Positions 12,263 through 22,761 of a stretch of 64,000 nt of DNA are shown piece by piece (the stretch's first letter is position 1; each line of letters starts with the position of its first letter). Origin of the DNA: a virus; IMG/VR virus record IMGVR_UViG_3300021964_008599, positions 2,680 through 66,679 of that record; one strand, written 5' to 3'. The position numbers and the translations under genes are program-made. Below the pieces are notes generated by a model. That model did not search any database. It saw only the letters and a list, made by a program, of their open reading frames with translations, and was not told the DNA's origin.

Positions 12263-13650
12263 TGATTACAATAGGATATAGCACAAAGAAAATAGACCCT
12301 GAATTCAGAGATTATATTGAAAAGTCTTGCGGATTACGTAACGTTGAAGTAATCCCATTCGAGAATCCAGGTACCCACTCATTAACTGAAGCCTACAACA
12401 TTATCTTAGAACAGGCAAGCAATGATATTGTTGTTTTATGTCATGATGACATTTATTTTGAAAAAGGTAATTGGGGTAATAAAGTTATTAAACATTTTAA
12501 AAGAAATCCTGATTACGGCATTATAGGGGTTGCTGGTTCCAAATATATGCCAAAAACAGGTATGTGGTGGGAAGTTCAAACTGAAATGATTGGGATTGTA
12601 AATCATGAACATGAAGGTAAAAAATGGACATCAAAATACAGTGAGTCTAAAGGTAATAAATTAGATGATACAGTTATTGTTGATGGTCTTTTTATGGTGG
12701 TTAACAAACCAAATCTAAAAACAAATTTTAATGAGGAAGTAAAAGGATTTCACTTTTATGAGGTAGATTTTTGTTTTAGAAACTTTTTAGAGGGTGTTAA
12801 AGTAGGTGTTTTTTATGACGTTAGGATTACTCATAAATCTATCGGTATGACTAATGAGCAATGGGAAAAGAACAGACAGCAATTTGCGGAAACGTATAAA
12901 GAAAATCTACCCATCTTATTACCAACAACATTTACAAAAAAAGATGTTAAAAAGAATGAGCCTTTAGTAACATTAGCAATGCCAATTTACAATTACGCAA
13001 AAAGATTAAACCCAACCCTACATTCAGTTTTTAATCAAGATTATACCAATTTTGAAATCACGTTGGTAAATGATGGTTCTGATGATGAATATTGTTTAAT
13101 GAAGTTGGATTCTTTAAAAGACCATGATTCAATTCGAGTTATACATAAAGAAAATACAGGAGTATCAGATACTCGTAACCGAGCAGTTAAAGAAGGTAAA
13201 GGGGAATATGTTTTACCTCTTGATGCTGATGATATGATATTACCAGGTTATCTTAAAACTGCAGTAAACATAATTAAAAACAATCCAAAGATTAGTCCAG
13301 TATATTGTGATACAATACATATCGGGGAAATGCAAGGATTGGAGAAAAGACCTGAGTGGTCAAAAGAAAGACTTTTATCGGGACCTTTTATAGTTAATAG
13401 TTCAATGTATTCTCGTGAAGCATACGAGTCCACAGAGGGTTATAATACGGAAATGAAAGGGTGGGTTGATTATGACCTTTGGGTTCAAATGATGGATGCG
13501 GGTTATGAAGGTAAAAGAATACCAAAAGGATTATTTGTTTATTTTCATCACGAAAGTGAAGGTAAAGGTTCGGTATCTACGAGCGCCAGAAACAATATGC
13601 AAGAGTTACATAAAACTATTTTAGATAGACATGAAAATAGAAGCGTTTGA
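12262..13650 (+). CDS. Two-domain glycosyltransferase (GT2-like + GT2)
   Basis: N domain VLCHDD...VDGLF...FHFYEVDF; C domain VNDGSDD, ENTGVSDTRN, PLDADD, DYDLW. Confidence 0.9.
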   Translation: MITIGYSTKKIDPEFRDYIEKSCGLRNVEVIPFENPGTHSLTEAYNIILEQASNDIVVLCHDDIYFEKGNWGNKVIKHFKRNPDYGIIGVAGSKYMPKTGMWWEVQTEMIGIVNHEHEGKKWTSKYSESKGNKLDDTVIVDGLFMVVNKPNLKTNFNEEVKGFHFYEVDFCFRNFLEGVKVGVFYDVRITHKSIGMTNEQWEKNRQQFAETYKENLPILLPTTFTKKDVKKNEPLVTLAMPIYNYAKRLNPTLHSVFNQDYTNFEITLVNDGSDDEYCLMKLDSLKDHDSIRVIHKENTGVSDTRNRAVKEGKGEYVLPLDADDMILPGYLKTAVNIIKNNPKISPVYCDTIHIGEMQGLEKRPEWSKERLLSGPFIVNSSMYSREAYESTEGYNTEMKGWVDYDLWVQMMDAGYEGKRIPKGLFVYFHHESEGKGSVSTSARNNMQELHKTILDRHENRSV

Positions 13651-14452
13651 TGAATTTGGATATATACTTTGGTACTACGCACCAATATCTTACGACGCAT
13701 TTCTTAAAGGAAAGTTAATTTCCACTAAAAGTAAAATTGGGACTAAACCTGTATTTTATTTCTCTGAAAATCATACAGAAGATGAGATACATTACGACCC
13801 ACCCAGACTTAAAAAAACATTACAACCTATAGAACATTTCACATCTTGTTATAAAATAGAAGGTCCTTTATTTATCAAAGATAATTGGACACCACCACCA
13901 TACAAAAAAATATTTAAAAATGATGTTTATGTGTATGATAAACCCATACTAACCATTAATAATAAAAACACAAAAGAATGGGGGCAACATCCTCATAATT
14001 ATTTTAATTCTGATTTTTTAGATAAGATTTTTACCGAATTAAAAAGTAAGTATCAAATAATTTATATTAGACCACCAGATAAATCTGAAAATTTTAAATT
14101 ACAAAAAGACACTAATCAAATAAGTTTGGATATTGGTGATAAAGAAATTTTAGCAAAACATCCTGAAGTTATAGATATTGAGACCTTACTACTAAAAAGT
14201 GATAAAGTATATAATGAGGTTCAGTTTATGATATTGTCAAATTCAGATTACCATATAACACCTGCAGGAGATGCGGTTGTTCCTTCTTATTTTGGTGGAG
14301 AAGTTTTAATTTATAACTGTCCTAATTGTAATTCGTCTAATAGAGGTGTATGGAAAACGGGTTCTTGGATGGAAAAATTATCAGGGTCCAAAATATATGG
14401 ATTTAATAATTACGATAATTTACTTAATTACGTTAAAACTAACTGGTTATAA
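13631..14452 (+). CDS. Hypothetical protein, possibly glycosyltransferase-like
   Basis: 273 aa ORF within the glycan cluster; function inferred from context only. Confidence 0.6.
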   Translation: MKIEAFDEFGYILWYYAPISYDAFLKGKLISTKSKIGTKPVFYFSENHTEDEIHYDPPRLKKTLQPIEHFTSCYKIEGPLFIKDNWTPPPYKKIFKNDVYVYDKPILTINNKNTKEWGQHPHNYFNSDFLDKIFTELKSKYQIIYIRPPDKSENFKLQKDTNQISLDIGDKEILAKHPEVIDIETLLLKSDKVYNEVQFMILSNSDYHITPAGDAVVPSYFGGEVLIYNCPNCNSSNRGVWKTGSWMEKLSGSKIYGFNNYDNLLNYVKTNWL

Positions 14453-14453
14453 T

Positions 14454-15164
14454 TTATCTTAGATGTAGTGACATATCATAATAATTAGGTTTACATTGTC
14501 CTAACCACCATTGCATTTCAGAAAAACTACTCATATTTGTACCATAAATGTCCGTAGATAAACTACCTAAGTATTGGTCTATTAATATGTCTTGCATACC
14601 TTCTACAGTAGTAAAATCTCCAAATTTTGTTCTTTTAGGTGTGGTATAAACATCGTACTTTTCTTTAATTAAATTTGTCGTTTCAGTGTCATCACAGGTT
14701 AATAAAATTTTACCTTCAATTTTATCCATTACCTTAAAAAGGTTATTTATTTTAAAATGTCTACCCCATGAGTTATATTCCGAAGGAAAACTTCTAAAAG
14801 TTCTAACGCTAACTGCACTATATTCACCTAACTTTTCTTTCTCTTCTTTAATTTTATTTGAAATATAATCGATAGGTTCTAAAGTTTTGATAACTTCAAT
14901 ATATCTTTTTTTAAGGTTAATAGGTAACTTATCTTTACTTCCTTCATTATGTGTATTCATTTTAGGATGAATAAATTTGCAGTCAGATACACTACTTATG
15001 GCATTACCATTATAAATATTTTTATATAAATCATTAAACTTACATCCAACACCACTACTTGTTGTTATATCCCACATTAAATTAATATTTCCATATTCTA
15101 CGATTGAAGATATTATACACTTCATTCGATTGGAAATTCCACCGTATGGTCTGCAATTAATCAT
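14454..15164 (-). CDS. Putative fucosyltransferase-like (NodZ/O-FucT fold) glycosyltransferase
   Basis: GGISNRMK, AVSVR, LTCDD, IDQYL..GTNMSSFS pattern. Confidence 0.6.
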   Translation of the reverse strand: MINCRPYGGISNRMKCIISSIVEYGNINLMWDITTSSGVGCKFNDLYKNIYNGNAISSVSDCKFIHPKMNTHNEGSKDKLPINLKKRYIEVIKTLEPIDYISNKIKEEKEKLGEYSAVSVRTFRSFPSEYNSWGRHFKINNLFKVMDKIEGKILLTCDDTETTNLIKEKYDVYTTPKRTKFGDFTTVEGMQDILIDQYLGSLSTDIYGTNMSSFSEMQWWLGQCKPNYYDMSLHLR

Positions 15165-15844
15165 ATTTCTAATTGTTTATAATCTCTATGGTAAGACCTA
15201 CTTATTACCCCAATAAAGGGGTCCCATATTGAACCAAAATCAATCATGGTACATCTATCTCCAATGACATCATATAACTCATCTACGATAACATTTGTTG
15301 CCATAGAAGATGATAATCCAAATACAACATCATCATATTTTTCTGTCATTTTTATCATATCATTTTTAATTCTATCTTTATCTAAAAAACAATTTTTAGA
15401 TGGTATACTAACAAAGTCAGTGTATTTAATATCTATTTTTTTTAGGTTATCATTTGACACAATAATAAAGTTTCTTTTTTCTAATGCTTCAACTAATACC
15501 TTTAATTGTCCGTTTAATGCGGCATCTTCCCATATACCAGCATTAACCCAATTTATATTTATATTATTCTTTGATAAAAAAGGTAATAATCTATTTAAAA
15601 TATTACGAATCTGACCGTGGTCTATATTCCAAATAGCTTTATAATAACCTTTATTGTTTTTTAGCGCAGTATTAAGACCATTTTTTAATTCAGGAAAATA
15701 TTTGTGATGGTCACAATTTTGACCTTTTAACCCCATAGCACAGAACCACTCACCATCACCCCATCGAGTAAAAGAAAAATTCTCATTATTACGAATTTTT
15801 TTTATATAATATTCTATTGGATTATTTTTAATATCAATATTCAT
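15161..15844 (-). CDS. GT-D fold (DUF1792-like) glycosyltransferase domain protein
   Basis: FSFTRWGDGE and IDFGSIWD motifs. Confidence 0.7.
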   Translation of the reverse strand: MNIDIKNNPIEYYIKKIRNNENFSFTRWGDGEWFCAMGLKGQNCDHHKYFPELKNGLNTALKNNKGYYKAIWNIDHGQIRNILNRLLPFLSKNNININWVNAGIWEDAALNGQLKVLVEALEKRNFIIVSNDNLKKIDIKYTDFVSIPSKNCFLDKDRIKNDMIKMTEKYDDVVFGLSSSMATNVIVDELYDVIGDRCTMIDFGSIWDPFIGVISRSYHRDYKQLEI

Positions 15845-16290
15845 ATGTCTAATTTCATTTTAATTGTATTGTCAACATTGTCATGAGGTTTTACACTTAT
15901 TATAGTAAAATCTAATTTATTATAGATATTAATTGCCCGTTTATTAGAACTCAAAACCTCTAAAAAAATTGTTTTAATATTAAACTCTTCTTTTAAATGT
16001 TTCATAAACTTTAAATATGATGGTTTAGCGTAACCTAATCCCCTATACTTTTTATGTATATCCATTCCAATATATAAGGTATTATTATTCCAGTTAGAGG
16101 TTCTAAAATACCCTATATCTTCATTTAATATTTCAACTATAAAAAATGGAGACTCCAAACTTTTAAACCACTTGACATTATCTTCTAATGTGTAATTATT
16201 TTTATCGTGTAAAAACATACTACTATGACTTCTAACCTCATTAAAAAAAGGTAAGTCAGATTCAACCATTCTTCGTATTTTTATGTCCAT
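15841..16290 (-). CDS. GNAT N-acetyltransferase (PseH-like)
   Basis: YRGLGYA, LEVLSSNKRAINIYNKLDF. Confidence 0.85.
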   Translation of the reverse strand: MDIKIRRMVESDLPFFNEVRSHSSMFLHDKNNYTLEDNVKWFKSLESPFFIVEILNEDIGYFRTSNWNNNTLYIGMDIHKKYRGLGYAKPSYLKFMKHLKEEFNIKTIFLEVLSSNKRAINIYNKLDFTIISVKPHDNVDNTIKMKLDI

Positions 16291-16756
16291 ATTTTTCTAA
16301 AATTTGTTTTGCCGCATTTTTTTGAGTAGAGACGTTAGTGGCAAGAATACTATTGGGTAATTTTTTAAATTCATTTAATGCGTCTAAATTTGTGATTTCC
16401 TTTTCCCACGCAACGGGTATAAGATTATATTCACCTAACCTCTCTACTCTTTTATTAAAATTATCAAGAACTGTTTTATTATCTTTATGGTGAATAAAAT
16501 GAAAATTAACATCATCCAATCTCATAATTGGATATGTTTTTGAAATTGAGTCGTGTTTTAGATATCTACCATTTTTTAAATCTTCATCAATAAACAATGG
16601 TTGTTGAGAAATATAATGGTCAAATTTCTTACACACTTTAATAAAATCACTATCGTCTAAAATTAAATGCCATATAAAAGGATTATTATATTTTATTTCC
16701 TTAAGGTGATACAACCAACCTGAAACACAGCTATTACCCAAAAAAGTATCATTCAT
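16262..16756 (-). CDS. DUF1919-like polysaccharide-locus protein
   Basis: NSCVSGWLY..YNNPF..YPIMRLDDVNFHFIH..FNKRVER. Confidence 0.65.
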   Translation of the reverse strand: MNDTFLGNSCVSGWLYHLKEIKYNNPFIWHLILDDSDFIKVCKKFDHYISQQPLFIDEDLKNGRYLKHDSISKTYPIMRLDDVNFHFIHHKDNKTVLDNFNKRVERLGEYNLIPVAWEKEITNLDALNEFKKLPNSILATNVSTQKNAAKQILEKYGHKNTKNG

Positions 16757-16757
16757 T

Positions 16758-17939
16758 TTACCAACCTTTTTTAATACAATCTACAATATACTCTCTTTGT
16801 TCTTTAGTAACCCACCATCCTACAGGTATTGAAACAATTTTTCCTATTGTTTTATCTAATGATGGTAATGCGGTTTTAAATTCTTGAACACATGTATGTT
16901 TATCATTTCTTTCATGTACTTGTGATACAGCAATACCACATTCATCCATCCACTTATAAAAACCATCTCTATTATCAACCAACATAGAATAAATCCAAAA
17001 CGCCGAATCAAAATCTTTTTCTCTTTTTAATAAAGTAACACCTTTTACGTTAACCAAATTTTCATCATAAAATTTTGCGTTTTCTTTATGTTTACCAACA
17101 ATTTCTTTAAAATGTTTTAAATTTTCTATACCAACTGTTGCACATACATCATTCATGTGAAATTTAAAACCCCATTCTTCAACGTCTGCCTCACATCTAA
17201 AATCTTTTCGGTCACCATCTCTGTCAATACCATACCATCTTAATAATTTCCCTCTTTGGTGAAGTTCTTTATGTGGTGATATAAGTATTCCACCATCTAT
17301 TGATGTAATATGTTTAATTGCTTGTAATGAGAACATTGTTAAATTACCATGACTACCAATTTTTTTACCTTTATATTCAGAACCAAAAGAATGTGCACCA
17401 TCTTCAATAACCGCAGGTTTAAACCCGAAACGTAAATAAGCATCTTGTTGAATTTTTTTAATCTTATCTAAATCATTTGGATAACCACCCCAATGGACTA
17501 ACATAATCACTTTTGTTTTTGAGGTGATTTTTCTTGCCAAATCATCCAAATCCATATTTAATGTGGTTGGGTCAATGTCCACCCATTTTATTTTTAATCC
17601 GTTGGCTAAAATTGGCCAATTAGATGCGGTACATGTCATTGGAGTTGCAAGTACTTCATCTCCATCTTCTAAACCTGGCCAAAAAGAGTTAAATGATGCC
17701 ACTCCATCAAAAACTTTTGAGCTCTGATTTGGTTTTTTCAATAGATGTAAAGCTAAATGTAAACCCGAAGTTCCTGCGTTTAGGGTTGATACATAATCAT
17801 GTTTGAAGAAATTTTTTAAATTACTTTCAAACTCTTCAACTTTAGGTCCCTGACCAATGTACCCACTATTTAAAACTTTAGTTACCTCTTCTGAGGCTGT
17901 TGGTGACATAAATACTCTGAATAAATCTATTTTTTTCAT
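16758..17939 (-). CDS. DegT/DnrJ/EryC1/StrS PLP-dependent sugar aminotransferase
   Basis: GPKVEEFE, VHWGG, IEDGAHSFG, FSLQAIKHITSIDGG. Confidence 0.95.
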   Translation of the reverse strand: MKKIDLFRVFMSPTASEEVTKVLNSGYIGQGPKVEEFESNLKNFFKHDYVSTLNAGTSGLHLALHLLKKPNQSSKVFDGVASFNSFWPGLEDGDEVLATPMTCTASNWPILANGLKIKWVDIDPTTLNMDLDDLARKITSKTKVIMLVHWGGYPNDLDKIKKIQQDAYLRFGFKPAVIEDGAHSFGSEYKGKKIGSHGNLTMFSLQAIKHITSIDGGILISPHKELHQRGKLLRWYGIDRDGDRKDFRCEADVEEWGFKFHMNDVCATVGIENLKHFKEIVGKHKENAKFYDENLVNVKGVTLLKREKDFDSAFWIYSMLVDNRDGFYKWMDECGIAVSQVHERNDKHTCVQEFKTALPSLDKTIGKIVSIPVGWWVTKEQREYIVDCIKKGW

Positions 17940-18020
17940 ATTGATAATTTTTTATATGAAACATAAGAATCTATTTAGAAAATTAAATTATATTCTAAAA
18001 TATATTACAAAAAGAAAGCG

Positions 18021-18839
18021 ATGGTAGTAGGAATTATTGGAAATGGTTTTGTTGGTGAATCTCAAGCATTCGCATTTTCACCAACTAATGAAATAAGAAT
18101 ATATGATGTTGACCCACTAAGAGCAACACATACAAAAGAAGAGACACATGAGTCTGACTTTGTTTTTGTCTGTGTACCAACACCAATGGATATGGGTGGA
18201 AAACAAGACTTATCGTATATTGAAAGAGTTTTTGAGGACGCTAAAGAAGGTCCGATTTATATTATTAAATCTACGGTATTACCTGGTACCACCGAAATGT
18301 TACAAAGACAATATCCTCACCTTAACATTATATTTTCACCTGAGTTTTTAACTGAAAGAACTGCAAAGTTGGATATGTTAACACAAGCAAGAGTAATCTT
18401 TGGTGGTGATAAGTTATTAACTGAGAAAGTCGAAGAAATGTTTTCAAAACGATTTATGAATAGACATTTCATACATACCGACTCGATAACTGCTGAGTTT
18501 ATCAAATACATGAATAATACCTTCTTCGCCACTAAGGTTTCTTTGATGAATGAATACTACAGACTTGCACAATTAGTTGGTGTTAATTGGGATGATGCAT
18601 TATACGGATTTGCTTCTGATGGTCGAGTTGGTGACTCACATTTACACGTACCAGGTCCTGACGGTAAAGTTGGTTTTGGAGGGACGTGCTTCCCAAAAGA
18701 TATAAACGCACTTATGAACATGGCAAAAGATGTGGGTGTAAATATGAATGTTTTGGAATCCGCTTGGAAAACTAATCTTGAAGTTAGACCTGAACAAGAT
18801 TGGAATAAATTAAAAGGTAGGGCAATATCGGACAAATGA
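18021..18839 (+). CDS. UDP-glucose/GDP-mannose dehydrogenase family (short, lacks C-terminal domain)
   Basis: GNGFVG, CVPTP, KSTVLPG, SPEFL, GFGGTCFPKD. Confidence 0.9.
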   Translation: MVVGIIGNGFVGESQAFAFSPTNEIRIYDVDPLRATHTKEETHESDFVFVCVPTPMDMGGKQDLSYIERVFEDAKEGPIYIIKSTVLPGTTEMLQRQYPHLNIIFSPEFLTERTAKLDMLTQARVIFGGDKLLTEKVEEMFSKRFMNRHFIHTDSITAEFIKYMNNTFFATKVSLMNEYYRLAQLVGVNWDDALYGFASDGRVGDSHLHVPGPDGKVGFGGTCFPKDINALMNMAKDVGVNMNVLESAWKTNLEVRPEQDWNKLKGRAISDK

Positions 18840-19996
18840 AAAAGATAGGTATTATTGGAATTGGTAAACTAGGTTTATCATTTGCTCTATTAGTTGAACA
18901 AAAAGGGTTCGAAGTATGGGGTTCAGATATTAGTGAAACCTATATACAATCTTTACGTGATAAATCTTTTAAGAGTAGTGAACCTTATATTGAAGACTAC
19001 TTAACAAACTCAAAAAACTTTCATGTAACCACCAGTAACATTGATGTTATTGAAAATTGTGATATCATTTTCACTTTTGTACCGACACCATCATTAGAGT
19101 CAGGTGAATACGACCACCAATATATTGAAAGTGTTATTGATGATTTTGACGCAATGTATCAAACAGGATTTGATTTATCAAGTAAAATGTTTGTTGTTAG
19201 TTGTACCACTAACCCTGGTTACACTGATACAGTAGCAGAAAGATTCTCACAATACGGTATAGACGTTTGTTACAACCCTGAGTTTATCGCCCAAGGTAAT
19301 ATTGTGAACGGATTAAAATATGCTGATATGGTATTGATTGGTACATCCTCAATGGAGGAAGTTGATAGAATTAAGGATATCTATACTGAGATAATGGATG
19401 AACCTAATTTTAACATTCTTTCTAATACTGCTGCAGAAATTACAAAAATATCAGTAAACTGTTACTTAACAACCAAAATTTCATTTGCCAACATGATTGG
19501 TGAAATATGTCACAACACAGGTATCGGTGATGAAGTTGATAACGTATTATCATCAATCGGTAGTGACACCCGTATCGGTAAAAAATACCTTAATTATGGT
19601 TTTGGTTTTGGAGGACCTTGTTTACCACGAGATAATAGAGCGTTGGGTGTACATGCCGAAAAAGTAGGTCTTGAGGTAAATCTACCCTTAGAAGTTGACA
19701 AATTTAACATTGAACATCACAAATATTTGGTAAATAAATTGGTGTCTGAAAATCCAAACAGAGATACTAATTTTATCTTTGACTCAGTAACCTATAAAAA
19801 AGGTACCGATTTATTAACAGAGTCACAACAATTAAATCTACTACTATCATTATTAGCTGAAGGATATACTTGTACTGTAGTTGATAATGACAATATTAGA
19901 CATATTATAGAGAAGGACCTTAAAAATTTATATAACGATAAGTTTAATTTTATTCAAAATGATACTATTATTGAAGGTATAAGAATAAAATTATGA
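18836..19996 (+). CDS. UDP-glucose/GDP-mannose dehydrogenase family
   Basis: GIGKLG, VPTP, NPEFIAQG, GFGGPCLPRD. Confidence 0.9.
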   Translation: MKKIGIIGIGKLGLSFALLVEQKGFEVWGSDISETYIQSLRDKSFKSSEPYIEDYLTNSKNFHVTTSNIDVIENCDIIFTFVPTPSLESGEYDHQYIESVIDDFDAMYQTGFDLSSKMFVVSCTTNPGYTDTVAERFSQYGIDVCYNPEFIAQGNIVNGLKYADMVLIGTSSMEEVDRIKDIYTEIMDEPNFNILSNTAAEITKISVNCYLTTKISFANMIGEICHNTGIGDEVDNVLSSIGSDTRIGKKYLNYGFGFGGPCLPRDNRALGVHAEKVGLEVNLPLEVDKFNIEHHKYLVNKLVSENPNRDTNFIFDSVTYKKGTDLLTESQQLNLLLSLLAEGYTCTVVDNDNIRHIIEKDLKNLYNDKFNFIQNDTIIEGIRIKL

Positions 19997-21081
19997 AAAA
20001 GGTAGTAGTACTTGGAGGAGGAGGATTTATCGGTGGACATCTATCAAAAAGATTAAAAGATAGTGGTCACCACGTAACCATATGTGATATTAAAAATCAC
20101 GAATATTGGAATCATAAAGACATATGTAATAAGTTCATCAAAGGGGACCTAAGAGACCCTAAAATCGTTTCTGATGTTATCTCAGAAGGTGTTGATGAAG
20201 TATATCAGTTAGCTGCAGATATGGGTGGTGCAGGTTATATCTTCACTGGTGATAACGACGCCAACGTAATGCACAACTCGGCACTTATTAACCTTAATGT
20301 TGTTCACGAATGTACCAAAAAGAAGGTGGGTAAAGTATTTTACTCATCATCCGCATGTATGTATCCTGAACACAATCAATTAGACCCTGATAATCCAAAC
20401 TGTAAAGAGTCCTCAGCATATCCCGCAAATCCTGATTCTGAATACGGTTGGGAAAAACTATTTTCTGAAAGATTATTCTTGGCGTTTAACCGCAACTACG
20501 GATTGGACGTAAGAATTGCTCGCTTCCATAACATCTTTGGACCTATGGGTACATGGACAGGTGGTAAAGAAAAAGCACCAGCGGCTATGTGTAGAAAAGT
20601 CGCGGAATCACAAGATGAAATTGAAGTGTGGGGTGACGGTCAACAGACTCGTTCGTTTCTTTATGTTGATGAGTGTGTCGAAGCGGTTTTAAGATTAATG
20701 GAATCAGACTTTTTAGGACCTGTTAATATTGGTTCAGAAGAAATGATTACCATAAATGGACTTGCACAGATGGCTATTGATATCTCAGGAAAAACAATTA
20801 AAATTAAGAATATAGAAGGTCAAGATTTTATCGACAAATACGGTTTTACTTGTCCTGTAGGAGTCAGAGGTAGAAACTCTGACAATAAACTTTATAAAGA
20901 CAAAATAGGTTGGGAAGTATCTCAACCATTACGAGTAGGTATGGAAAAAACATATAATTGGATTAATGAACAAGTAGAAGAAAGTAAAAAGACTTATATC
21001 TATGAAAGTCCTGATGGTGGTAAAACAGTATACAGGAGAGGTTTTGGAGAACCTCACGAAACACGTGAATTAATTAAATAA
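19993..21081 (+). CDS. NAD-dependent epimerase, GDP-mannose 3,5-epimerase-like
   Basis: GGGGFIG, LAADMGGAG, SSACMYP, YGWEK, RFHNIFGP, EKAPAAMCRK, GVRGRNSDN. Confidence 0.9.
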   Translation: MKKVVVLGGGGFIGGHLSKRLKDSGHHVTICDIKNHEYWNHKDICNKFIKGDLRDPKIVSDVISEGVDEVYQLAADMGGAGYIFTGDNDANVMHNSALINLNVVHECTKKKVGKVFYSSSACMYPEHNQLDPDNPNCKESSAYPANPDSEYGWEKLFSERLFLAFNRNYGLDVRIARFHNIFGPMGTWTGGKEKAPAAMCRKVAESQDEIEVWGDGQQTRSFLYVDECVEAVLRLMESDFLGPVNIGSEEMITINGLAQMAIDISGKTIKIKNIEGQDFIDKYGFTCPVGVRGRNSDNKLYKDKIGWEVSQPLRVGMEKTYNWINEQVEESKKTYIYESPDGGKTVYRRGFGEPHETRELIK

Positions 21082-21098
21082 TTTCAATGAAACTATAA

Positions 21099-21812
21099 AT
21101 GTCAAATAGAAATAGAAAAAACGAGGACAACTCAAAGATGACTAAAAAAGAATTAATTAACGCTATTATTGGTAAAAAACCAAGAAAAAAATTCTTATCT
21201 GAAAGTCAAAAAGAATATTACGATGTTCTAACTAATAGTGAAATAACAGTTTGTACAGGACCTGCAGGTGTTGGTAAATCATATATCGCAATGAAGGCCG
21301 CTGTTGAACTACTAATGGATAATAACAACTCTTACGAGAAAATTATAATTGTAAGACCCGCAGTTGAGGCTGAGGAAAAGTTAGGTTCATTACCAGGTAA
21401 CTTAGAGGAAAAATTAGACCCATATATTTTTCCATCGTATTACCTTTTAAATAAAATTATAGGGAAGGAAGCTAGAGAAAAACTAAAAGATAATGATATT
21501 ATTGAGGTTTTTGCACTGGCATATATGAGAGGTATGAATATTGATAACTCAATATTAATTTTTGAAGAAGCTCAAAATTCAACACCTTCACAAATGAAAC
21601 TCTTATTAACAAGAATTGGGTTCAATAGTAAGTTTTTCATTTCAGGAGATATTGAACAAACCGACCGTTACAAAGATAAGACACAATCAGGTCTATATGA
21701 TGCGGTAAATAGGTTTCAAGATATGGATGGTGTTGGAACGTATTCTTTTGAAACTAAAGATGTTATCCGTAACCCATTAATTACTAAAATATTAAAAAGA
21801 TACGAAGTATGA
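21099..21812 (+). CDS. phoH: PhoH-family ATPase
   Basis: GPAGVGKS, RPAVE, LGSLPG, YMRG, EEAQN, GDIEQTD, RNPL. Confidence 0.95.
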   Translation: MSNRNRKNEDNSKMTKKELINAIIGKKPRKKFLSESQKEYYDVLTNSEITVCTGPAGVGKSYIAMKAAVELLMDNNNSYEKIIIVRPAVEAEEKLGSLPGNLEEKLDPYIFPSYYLLNKIIGKEAREKLKDNDIIEVFALAYMRGMNIDNSILIFEEAQNSTPSQMKLLLTRIGFNSKFFISGDIEQTDRYKDKTQSGLYDAVNRFQDMDGVGTYSFETKDVIRNPLITKILKRYEV

Positions 21813-22459
21813 GAATAGCTTTTGACATTAACGGAGTATTAAGAGATACTTTTTTAAAGGCAGAACAACTTTATCAGAAGTTTTACATTGATGAGTTTGA
21901 AGAAGAAAAAACGTCATCATATAATGAAGAAACTGAAGAATTTACTGAAGAAATTGTTAAAGATGATTTTAAGTATGAGTTGAATTTACCTGTTAAGTCA
22001 TTAGATAATTTAGAGGAGTATTTTAGATTTAAGGATAAAGAAGACCTATTTAACTTCTTTTATGTCGATTTTCCAATGCAAATATTTGGACATGCACCAT
22101 CAATAAGTGGAAACACATTTAATGTGTTGAATGACATCTATGAAGAGTTAAGAGACGAACATGAACTATTAATTGTTTCTGATGAAATACAAAAATCAAA
22201 ACCAGCTAGTTTATTTTTCTTATCAAAATACGGTTCTTTAATTGAAAAAATTAAATTTTATTCTAACATTACAATAGACAGTATGTGGGATGAGGTTGAT
22301 ATATTAGTAACCGCAAACCCTAACCATATTCTTAATTCACCAGAAGGTAAAATAATCATAAAATATAAAACAACATATAACGAAGATATTGACTCAAAGT
22401 TTACTATAGAAAATCTTGAGGATTTTAAAGAGTTATATAATCAAATACAATTAAAATAA
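21809..22459 (+). CDS. HAD-like / 5'(3')-nucleotidase-like protein
   Basis: N-terminal IAFDINGVLRD motif. Confidence 0.55.
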   Translation: MRIAFDINGVLRDTFLKAEQLYQKFYIDEFEEEKTSSYNEETEEFTEEIVKDDFKYELNLPVKSLDNLEEYFRFKDKEDLFNFFYVDFPMQIFGHAPSISGNTFNVLNDIYEELRDEHELLIVSDEIQKSKPASLFFLSKYGSLIEKIKFYSNITIDSMWDEVDILVTANPNHILNSPEGKIIIKYKTTYNEDIDSKFTIENLEDFKELYNQIQLK

Positions 22460-22758
22460 TGTTAGAAGTATTAGGTGAAACTTATTATGTTGATTTTCTT
22501 CAGTTAGAAGAAAACATTAACATACCAAAATCAGACGTTAATACTGTAAAAGGTGAAAGCGATGAATTAGTAGATGACGATACACAACATATCAGTATTG
22601 TTAAATATGAAACAATAAAAATGATGTTAGAGGTTATCTTAACAGAAAGGGATGATATGGATGAAAATTTGGGTATCCATAACGCAAAAAAATTAAGTCT
22701 TCCCTTTAAGATTGCATTTAATACATTATTAAGACATGGAATTATAAAACATTTTTAA
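22459..22758 (+). CDS. Hypothetical phage protein
   Basis: 99 aa ORF coupled to the upstream gene. Confidence 0.75.
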   Translation: MLEVLGETYYVDFLQLEENINIPKSDVNTVKGESDELVDDDTQHISIVKYETIKMMLEVILTERDDMDENLGIHNAKKLSLPFKIAFNTLLRHGIIKHF

Positions 22759-22761
22759 ATT

